A stretch of DNA of 57,969 nucleotides, counting the filler, from Sphacelaria rigidula (Eukaryota): NCBI GenBank assembly GCA_964200075.2. It is 4 parts of 4 records of this genome, joined end to end, with 100 filler letters (N's around TTAATTAATTAA, not from the genome) between each part and the next. Parts side by side here need not be neighbours in the genome. Positions count along the whole stretch, not along the records: positions 1 to 14,418 come from CAXNAA020002260.1; 3 more parts are not named here. The stretch is one strand, 5' to 3'. Positions 1 to 10,600 of the stretch are shown one piece after another; positions within the stretch are counted from its first letter, which is position 1; every line of letters begins with the position of its first letter. Made by a program: the position numbers and the translations under genes. The notes beneath the pieces are model-generated. The model searched no databases and was not told the DNA's origin. It saw only the letters and a list, made by a program, of their open reading frames with translations.

Positions 1-34
1 GAAGAACCCACCCCCTTCGCGGAGCTGCCCCCTT

Positions 35-65
<31 letters not shown>

Positions 66-1393
66 ACCAACTAAAAGTGTCGCGAAAAAAATGACCATAC
101 AGCGCCCAATCACCATAGATCGTCGATGCGTTCGGCAAAAGAGGTTTGTCAACATTCTTGAGCCCATGAATCATGCCATGATCAGGGGTGGTGAAGGGCG
201 GAGTGTTTGATCCACAAGGACAAGGGCTCATAGGTGTGTCAGACGACACAACACTCTCGCGGTACGCTTGTGTTGGAGTAAAAAAAGGTGACCAGCAGTA
301 GGAATGAGTAAAATGCGCGTTCGAACAGCCGTTACTGCTTTCAACGACGAGATGAAGTGGAATTTCGTGGAAGAAATAGCCCAAAATCCTCCTCCTCCCT
401 TATCGTGGCGTGACACCACTTCAGGACGAGCAGAAGGGCAGCCTTTCCTTTTTTTCTTCACTATGTGTGCAGCGAAAGCAAACGTATTGATGTAGACGCG
501 CTTCGAAAGTCTGTAAAAATGATTCGGTCATGTGTGAAACGGGTCCATCATGCGGATTACTCTAATGCACCGTAAAAAAAAGCTTTACCGCGTGCGTGCT
601 TTTCGTGCTAACGACGGCATACCATGCTGTCATACTCTCGATAAAGTGTGACGGCTTTTGGCTACCTCACAATATCCGTCGCCGTTCGCAAGATGTGGGC
701 ACTTGAAAACTGTGAAATTTGGCTGCTGCTGCAACATGTGCTGAACTTGGGGGAAGTTGGACCAACTCTAAGCTGACTGTGTGGTTTTTCGAAGAACCCC
801 TGGGGATGTGGTATGGTTGTTCACGTGGTCTCTGCACACGACAAAATGCTGGAAGATGTCACAGACCACGATACAATTTTCCGGGTACTTGAGAATTGTC
901 AAAGTGTTTTGTCAAAATGTTCGAGAATATGTTGCATGCGTTACAATTGGTGGAACAGGAGCATGTAAACCGACTTCCGAACAATATTTTCCGTCGTGGC
1001 TTTCCTCGTCGTTCCTAATGTCAATTTTTCGTGGGTCTCCGCCACATGCGAATCTCTCGAATAGGATAGGAATAGTGACCTCAGCAGATTCCCGACATTT
1101 TTCGGCGGAAGTCAGGCTGTTTTTCATCATGCAGTTGGCGTGAACATGTGTACTTGCGTAAGCTTTCAGAGGAGGCAGGAGGGGTTGGCCTGTGTATATG
1201 TTGGGGTGCTATTCTGATCCTGATTTTGGGGCAGGCATTTTGCATGTGTTTCCGCTAACACGATTACCACAAATGTGTGGCGATATTATGCTGGCTTATC
1301 GTAGTTTGATGTGTTAGTTGTGGATAGAGTGTTTTATTTGCACCCGCTATGGGACTATGGATGGGTAGGTGCGACATGCATAATTGGGGGCTT

Positions 1394-2250
1394 CAATTGA
1401 TTGATTGATTGTCGCACTTAAACCGACCACCCATGGGTCCAGCCGTGGTCGCATGCTAGACGTACGTACGCAAGAAAAGCAAAACTGAAACACTCGTTCA
1501 AGAAAACGAAGGAACAGAAAAAAATCGAACATTACAACATACTTCCTCTGTCCCATAAGTCTGTGCAGTTGTGGACGTTTGATCGTTCGGGTATTTCAAC
1601 GCTGACGATCATCCTACAATTGGGTTCGTTAGAGAGACGACGCCCAGACGAAGCTGACTCACAAACTAGAGAAGAAAGAAAGTCGTTTTCAATACTAAAA
1701 TCATGTCGAAATATACCCCATTTGGGCCCTTTTTGGTCCACTTATACCCCAATGTTGACCAATTTTGGACGTTTTTACGTCGAGCACTACCGATTTCATG
1801 CTGGAAATTTGTTAGATGGGGCGTGCGTAGGTTAACGTCACGGAGATATCCAAATCAGAGGTGGTTTCGCGGTTTTCACTTTTTTTTCACGACTTTTCGC
1901 GATTTCCGGGTCTGCTGTGCTTTACTGGGAAAAATGCGAAAAATGGCCATATTTTGACCGACCCACATTTTTGCGGTCGCGAGGCTGCACGGGTCAAGCA
2001 CTCACGTTGCAGAAAGAGTATTGTTTTTAGCTCACAAAACGTCAGCAAATGCAACCAAAACATCGAAAATCAAACCGGATATCGTTAAGGGCTCATACAA
2101 ACATAACTGCACAGACTTATGGGACAGAGGAAGTAGTAGACTAAGACGTGAAATATATATATATATATATGATGAGAAATACAAAAATAAAAAGCAAAGC
2201 ACAGGAAGAGATCACCGACCTAAACAAAAAAGGAGCAGGAAAAAAAATGG
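1394..2250 (-). mobile_element. Retroposon (SINE/LINE 3' end) with (CAAT)n tail, interrupted by the MITE
   Basis: Reverse complement matches the copies at about 43620-43905 and 49080-49325 (GACCACGGCTGGA..GGTCAGTTAA..GACAATCAATC). Confidence 0.65.
1542..2133. mobile_element. Tc1/mariner (Stowaway-like) MITE
   Basis: 29-bp perfect TIR CTTCCTCTGTCCCATAAGTCTGTGCAGTT with TA on both sides (1540-1541, 2134-2135); no transposase ORF. Confidence 0.85.
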
Positions 2251-4677
2251 AATAAAATTTTGCATTCCAATTACCGTTCGTTGATGCCGTTTGTCCCGCT
2301 GAACGCCATGTGTGCGCGACCGGCGTGTGGATGATACAATCGCTCCCTGTCGTCCTGTGCGAATGATTTTACAGGAACCCTGTGCGATACAAATCCACAT
2401 GTGTATAGTGCTCCGTCATCGTCGCATTTTCGACCGCCCCTTTCCTCGGGACGAGTCCGTATTGTGATGTAGCGAGAGCAACCCGTCTCACCCTGATATC
2501 AGTTACACATTTCGTTCTCGCGGATTGAATCATGACCAACAGGACCACACCGCCTCGATGTTTATCGATTTCTTCATTCCTACTTCATGTCTCCGTCTCT
2601 TCAGTTTATTTGTTTTGCAATTGTATTCATTTACACGCCCAAAATGTGCTTTCATCACGCTCACACAGTGGTGTGCCCCCGTAAACTTGCTGAATTGGCC
2701 TCGCTCGCCTCAGGGTGGGTTTGTCATAGCTCGAGGGTTTTTGTTGAAAAGTAGGATTCCACTATTATTGGATGACGCTTCCTTTCTTTGAAGGAGCCTA
2801 GGGGATCTTCAAAAGCCTTGAAATATGACCGAAAAAATACGCAAATGTATCCTCCGATTGTGAAGTGTGGCTTCGCTCATGAAACAAACAACATGCTCTA
2901 ATTTACGAAATCCCGTGTTCGGAATATTTTCGGCGTCCGTTTTTTCGCGTCGGAAACTGTCTTCCACGCCTTTTGGAACGTCCCGTTAACACACGATTTC
3001 TACAAATTACTGATGAACATTTTGTTAGTCAGGATGAGACTCGGAAACCTCAACACATCATCGAAAAGCATCGAGATATTTTGGAAAGAAACCTGCAAAT
3101 GCACTCTCCGGCCGTGATGTTTAGCCCCGCTTATCCTCAATGACATTTCTTCGCGAATATCGTGTGTGTTTTTCAAAATTTCGACCCCGTTCACCCTTAT
3201 AGGGGAGAACGTTTCCCAGTCTTGAGAACCCCCCGTAAACTCGAGATTTTACAAATTGCAGAGGGAGTTGTGTTGCGGAGTGTTTGCAATTGTTTTCGAA
3301 CATGTTCCGATGCTTATGGAGTTACCAAAGGATCATCTTGAACACAAACATGACGCTCGAAAAATTGTGAACCTCTCGTGCATGGCGTCCTCTTCGCCTT
3401 CCCCAGAGGTCCAGCAGCAGAAAATCCCCAGCAGTCTTTTTTTTTTCTCAAACTGGGGCTGGGCCGCGACACTTGTCCTTGATCCAATCGCTGACCGTGA
3501 TCATTTCGTCACAATTGAAGGAAAGGGTGCTCACGGTGTTTGTTCGGACTGGGCCTTCAGGCAGAGGGAAAGTGCTCTAGATGTGCCGAGGTGAAAAGTC
3601 CAACCCACACTGAGGCGAGAAGGACTAGTTTGCTTACTTTTGGTTGGAAATATCGTATAAAAGCGTCGAAATCACCTTTCTCAACTGAAACAAGAATTGG
3701 TCCAAAACCTCGGTTGAAATAATGGACACTGGATTATGCCGGGAAAGATCTGCCCGATGATGCACAAATGAAGATATGCGAGACGATGTCGAACTCTTGA
3801 CCTCCTTTCGTAATTGGAGTCTCCTGCATCACCTTCACCACCGGGGGTCAGTGATATAATACACAAAGTTGTACCCACGGCCGAATTTTAAATTTTCTCG
3901 TCAAATTTTACAACGATCTTGTGCATGCAGGGAAACAATTCTTGCTCGAAGTAGCGACAGTCAAATGACGTCATCTTTCTTAGCTAAAACTGAAAATCGC
4001 TCCAACTGTTTTTCTCCATCATGGCTCAAATACTTTCCGCGTATCGATGTTGAGAATATCATGCCAAATTTTCAGCTCACAACTCCCACGATCAACCTGT
4101 GCGTCACCTGTCATCTGGAAATAGACACTCGTTGGCTAGTCAAGCTCGGACTTCCCCCTAAGTATTCTTGTGACGTGAAAACTGACTCCGTTTTGACTGC
4201 AATACCAGTGCAGAAAGACAGTCCACTGTAGAAACGAGATAAAGCATACCAGTGTACTAGTCTGTGTGGTACTGTATGAACACCGTAGCTTCAGCGTCCG
4301 TCTCCTCCTGTGTAGGGTAAAGATTCAGCAGATCAGCAGATGGGCTCGTGCATATCTTCTACGGTGTCACAGCAACGTAATTCGCTATGTAGCACGCTCG
4401 AATTTATTCTTCACTTGCGATATGGGTGAAAGAGGGAAGGAATTACGGAGCAGCAGCAAGCACAACGGTGGGTGTGAGTCGCGGATGATTTGCCGTAAGT
4501 CCTTAGTTCGAGTAGCAAGGAGCCTAGAAGAAAGAAGACAGTGGTAACTGGCTCAACACCAGCTACAGGTGAAGCGGTCGTGCTACAAACCTTCCAGAAC
4601 ATGATTTCCATCAAGCAGTGCGAAAATCAACGCTATTTTGCTTCTCTTACAAATCCTATTCCATCTCCCTATCGTAG

Positions 4678-7600
4678 CACCACTCCCTGACAAAACTGTA
4701 CCTCAGGTGGACGTGGTGCCGGGGAGGTGTACTCATGACGGGGGGGATAAAACCACGGCCGCCCTACTGCTCGAAATTTGATACGACTTCGGTGCTTGAC
4801 TATTGGTTTGAATCATGTTCTACCCTCACCTGGCAGTACGGTGCATGAATATCGAATCGATGTCAAAGAGACCTCTTCTTGTCGTAGTTGTTTGGTGTGT
4901 GTATAAAGATGTGTGGTCACTTTCCTTGGCGTCGGAGTCTGTTGTCTCGGGAACAGAATGATGAACGTTTGTATATGCACCTTGTATGATCACTGACTGT
5001 ATGGAAGAAATAATTCAGCTCGAGAGGGGGGCACGACTTTGTGCGCGATTTCGTCACTCAGTTGAAGGATCGATACGTTGCGAGTCGCGCGAGTAGCTCG
5101 GGTGGACAGCTTGCCGTTTTCACGACTTCTTCTGGGACCGCTGGTATTGCTGTGAATTAGTCCTCACTGTGCATGTGAATCCCTATGGTTGACATTGAAT
5201 ATATTTTTCCTCCCTTTTGATCTTCGTATGAACGCGTACAGGTATACCTAGGGCTACCGCTGAGAGGTTTGCTCTTCTTCCCAATCTCAGGATTGTTGGT
5301 TTACACGACAACTCGTGGATAGATCCGCCATCTGAGGTTGTTGACGGCGGATGGGCACAAATCGTCAGTTACTACGAGGCCCTGGCACGCTCGGGTGCGA
5401 CCACCGTTCATGAGCTGAAGATGGTGTTGGTCGGTGCGGTATGCGCCGGTAAAACGACCCTTGTGAGGGGTCTGCGGAAGGGCGAGCCGGCTCCGACGGC
5501 GGAGAGCGAGCGCACGAGGGGCGTGGATGTTCACATCCAGCCGTGGAGGCCGAACTCTACTGAACCGCTAGAGGTGCTCATGTGGGACTTCGCGGGACAT
5601 TCGGAGTACTACTCAACGCACCAGGTGAGGATTGGTGGGTATTTTTTTATTCGTGTTGCGCTTACGTTTTTTATGTCAAGTCATGGTACGGGGAGGAGGG
5701 GTGAGCGGGGGGGGGGGGGTATTTTTGGCCATTTATTCCACCAATTTCCACTTCAAACCGTCGCTGAGTTCAGCAGCTGTTGTACGAACGAGCTTGTTAC
5801 CGATTAAAAGGCCCATCCATAGTGCTTGACACCGTTTTTAAGCACGTAAATGCAAGCGCACCGCAAGTGTGGTAGGTCCTCTGACACACCTACGAGCCCT
5901 ATTTTTCATGGAATCACCCCCCTCCCACCCGCATCGGGATACGTTATCACCCACTTTATTCAAAATTTTCATCACTGACCTGATCATAGCCGTCGGAGCA
6001 GCAAAGCAAGGAGTTATGGTGTGGGAACATACGGTATCAGGGTTAATCGCGGATGATTTTGTTGGTATATCTAAAACACCAGAAGGATTGCAGAAGCAAA
6101 TGGAGAAGGCGCTAGAGTACTCTAGAAGATAGAGAGTGACCGCGAACGCAGAAACGTGCGCGGTAAATTAGGAGTAGGAACGGTGCTCCGTCCCGAAAGG
6201 GATGCGGGTCAATAGTCAAACGACTAAGACAAGCTACAACTGAGCGCCCCCCCATATGGTCGCATGAATCTCGAGCTGTTGTTGTGGTTAGGTTGTAAGC
6301 TTTGTCAGTGGTAAAACAGCTTTTGACGTTGGCTCACGGTACAGTAGGTTAACGGGGTCTAGAAATTGGTCTAGAAATTCGATTGTTGAGGGTGCAAGCA
6401 ACGAGCTGTGAAAGTTCCTGCCGTTGCCAATTTCCCTTTTTTTCCAGCATCTTTCTCCTGGAATCGCAACCGCTGTTCTTACTATTGGGGTGTTTGCATT
6501 GCAAAAGTGTCAAGTGCACGCTTAACACTACATCCGAGCACACAATCGGTGTGCATTTTTTTTGTTCTTGGTATCGATGGCTTTGTCTGCCAAGTCAGTT
6601 GATGTCCTTGACCATGGTACACCGCCTGCCTGAGATTGTGTAGATTGCATGCGTAGAATTGATTTCGGTAACAACCTGCCCGAAGACTACGAGTCTGCGC
6701 CCCCTGACACCATATTCACGTGCCTCTTCCATTGGCGCGATGTGCTGGTATTTTTCCAATGCACAATCAGATCTACCTAACTAGCGGAGCTTTGCAGCTT
6801 CTGGTGGTGGACCTCCTCAAGTTCCAGAATGATATTTCTCATCGAGGGGAGGCAGTGTACACCTGGCTGGACGTTTTGTTGTGCCGGTTGCCTGGATGCG
6901 CAGTCCTCGTCGTCGCAACCCATGCCGACGGTTTCAGCGGGGACAACGCGCAAGTCGAGGCAGCCTTGAGTTTCCTCGAGGAGGAGGTTCGTACGCATTT
7001 GGAGCTTAAACGCAAAGAGTTGCGCACTGAAAAGCCCCCTAGACTCACTATCGAACAGCGTCCGGACAGTACTGTGCAGACAGCCCCCTCCCTCACCGTG
7101 TGCGGCGTCGTGGAAGCCTCCGGCTGTAGCAAGGAAGGCCTCGACCGTCTGCGAGATGAGATCTGCAGACTGGCCGGAGAAGGTGGCCTTGACGAGGACG
7201 GCCAGCGCCTGTTCCCTAATGTCGGCCAAAAGATCCCGGTGTCGTGGCGCAGGGTATGGGCTTTTGCGGCGGCCTTGCACGAGGGTGGGGAGCCTGCCGT
7301 GGCGGTACAGTCGTATGGTGAGCCTGTCAAGCCCGTTGACGGCTATGCAACGCACAACTTCGTCACCGAAGAGTTTGCACTAGCGACATGGTCGACGGTG
7401 GTACAACAGCTTGGCCTCGAGGCCGAGCTCAAAGGGCGTACCAGTGAACGACGAGATGGGCGCAGGGGTAAACGTGTCGCCATTGAAAAGACCTTGAAGA
7501 AGATCCTCAAGAGGGTTTCGGAACCCTTCGGTCCCCATGGCGAGACGACGACAGTGAGAGAAAGTTCGCTGTATGAAGAACGCGTTCTTCTGGTGAGTGA

Positions 7601-10600
7601 TGGAGGCAACACAATGGAAAATCACACCCTAAGAATCTGTTGAATCGCTGGTACCGGTACGCCGCTGGTTGGTTCAGATGCAGCGACTTCTTCCACTCTG
7701 CTGGGTACCACCAAGGCTCCACCATCATGCTGTATAGTGCCCGTAAACATCGTTTGCCAGGTTTTGACATGTATGAACAGGGTCTGATCCCAGATTGGCG
7801 TGGGGGAGGGATGTTGTAGCCATATTTTGCACAGTCTAGGCAGGCACATGGCGCTTTCGCTGCAAGCGTCAAACTTCATTTTCATGTGTTTGATATTATT
7901 ACAAAAAACGTATCCACGTGGCCCATCAGCGCTTTTAGCTGATTGATGCGCACAATGATTGTGAGGTCGTGTAATGAACTGGTGGACCCTTTTGTTTGGT
8001 GCAGTCGATCACCTTCCCCCCCTCAAGGAGGATCACCAACGCCAATCTTGTATGCCTTCACCGTCAGTACCGTGTGGGGTTAGTGTGCCGGTGCCTCGGC
8101 ATTCCGCCCGTACGCAATTGCTGCCATTAATGCTCAGCCCATATTTTGTACACAATCCTGCACGGCAACAGGATGCACTCAACATGCGGCAAACGGGAGG
8201 TACCTTGCTGTTTGCTTGCGGCCTTGTGCACCTTGACCCTTCGTGGATAAATCTGCTTCTCCGGGAGCTCTTGGACCACCGCCTGGCTGAGGTCGCACTG
8301 ACGGAGCAATGGCACTGTGAGGTGGACGAGCACTGCCGTAGTGTAAACCTCCACTTCGACGAGCTAGTAGACAGCCACCGAATCTTTCTCAAAACCGGTC
8401 GACTGTCGAAAGACTACCTCAGATTCCTGTGGCGAGATGTGCCGGATCTTGATGAAACGGTGCTTGGACGCATGATAGACACGATGTCAACCTACGGTGC
8501 AATGTTTCCATGCGGGCCCACAGGAGAGGAAGCATCGGAGTTTGTGGTACCGGCGCGGTTACCTTGTCTAGTGGCGGACGTTACTCTCTCCGACCTGGAA
8601 AAGGCCATCTCTGATGGATTTGGAATGCAGTTCACTTTTGAGATTCGGGCGAAATACGTGCCTCCAGGCATAATCGCCCAATTCGTCGGACGGTTTTGTC
8701 GAGGCAACAACATCATCTTCCGAGCCTGCTGGAGCAAGGGAGTGTCGTTTATACTGAGAGGTAGAGAACATTTGATCTGTCTGCATGAGCCCACGAAAAC
8801 TCTGTCGCACGCGAGGATCGAGGTCACCGTCGCAGGAGACGACAAGGCGACGGTTTGGGACCCCGCGTTCAATGCGAAGGAGGCGTTAACAAGCTTGTTG
8901 CACCACGAGTACGGAGGCCTCCGGTTCGTTCCACCGAATGACCCGATTATCAAGGAAGGAAAAGATGCTTGGCAGGACACTTTGGATGGGCTCCAGGAGC
9001 ACCTTCAAAGTTGGATAAATAAGGTCAGCCGCAGAGATTTCTACGTATTGTTCATAATGAAACATCGCCTCAACAGCAGATTTGAAGCCGACTGCTACAG
9101 CCGGTTATTGTGGGATTTTGATTATTTATCCAGGTGATACCCACGTTTGACAATGACCCCTTGCAGTATATGGGGGGCGTACGAACCTAATGCAACAGAC
9201 CAGGGTTCAAATTACGGTTTCGTGAGAGGGGGAAAGTTTGGTGAAGTCCCAGTAGACGTTGTGTCATGGGTTGACGTGTACATGTGCAGAATGCTTGAGC
9301 ATTGTTGTGTTTTGAACGATTTCTCTACCGTTCTGTGCAAAGCAAGAGCTGTCCGACGACCCCCCCCTCCCCCACACTCACCCGACCGCCCTGAAAGCAG
9401 GAAACTTCATCGACACATAGCATGGACACACTGTAAGGTCGTAAGGGGGTGTCCTGCTTCGAATTCAGGGGGCGGTTTCCTCATTTAGAAACGAAACTAT
9501 GTCGGCGAACGTTTGATTGGCGGGGCCAAAATGTTTACTACGTTGATTGGCTGTTAATTATGATGGTCGATATTGTCAAACGGCTGGACGGGTCGCCACC
9601 CTCGTAATGGGTAGTGACAACAGTGGACCGGCAGGATGACGAGAACTCAGTACCTCATAGCCCGTCTTTTGCTAGGTTTGATCCCACAAGATCCGAATGA
9701 GCAGGAAAATATTCCGTGGTATGTATAACCTGAGCCACAACAACGTAAGCGGTGTGCAAGTTGCATTTCGGCCGTACAGTGAATTCCGCGTGCCTGGATT
9801 TTGCTCACCCCCTAAGGAATCAAGTCGCGTTTAATCAAGCCTATCTTGCGTCGCTGAAAAGTCTTATCGTTCAATCACATGCACCTGTGCTCAGGCGCCC
9901 CACAAGTGCTAACGAGAACCATGAATTGTGCATAGGCCTATGAGACATCTTATGGTCGATTCCTGTGTAAGGGAGCCAGGTACTGTAGTGGAGCATTCGT
10001 TTAAGTTGGTATCTTATCGGTCGCTTTTTTGTGTGGACCCACATCTGCTCGAAACGAAAAACGAGCAGACTCCGGTGATGTACCATTTTCAGATGATTCA
10101 GGTGGAGGCAAGACCTGAACCACGTTAGTTGTGAGGAGTGTGTTCCACTCTCCTGGCTCGCGAAACACCTGGATTTTGCAAGTGGCTACTTGAAGCAAGT
10201 GCAATTGGCACGTCGGCAAAAGTGAGCTGCGATCCAAAGATTTGCAAATACAAGTGGATCAGGAAAAGTATATCTGGATTCCACTCTGTGTACTAGTAAT
10301 GCGATAGTATCCGAACATGCCGGAGTATTGCCTGATTCAGGGTCAAAATTGCCACCGAATGTTCAAACTCTGAATGTTGGAGAATGAACAACGGACCCAA
10401 CAAGAGCAGTCCTGATTATTCATATATATATATGTATAATATATCAAGCTGGCAGTTTAGGCTGCAAATTGTCACTCATACCATAAGGTTGGGGGATGAG
10501 TCCCGGACGTTGCGGAAGGGGCGAATATAAACTACGTAGGTGGGCCAGGCGTCACTCGCAGAGATTGTCTTGGCATGCGTAGAAGTATTGCTAAAGTGGT

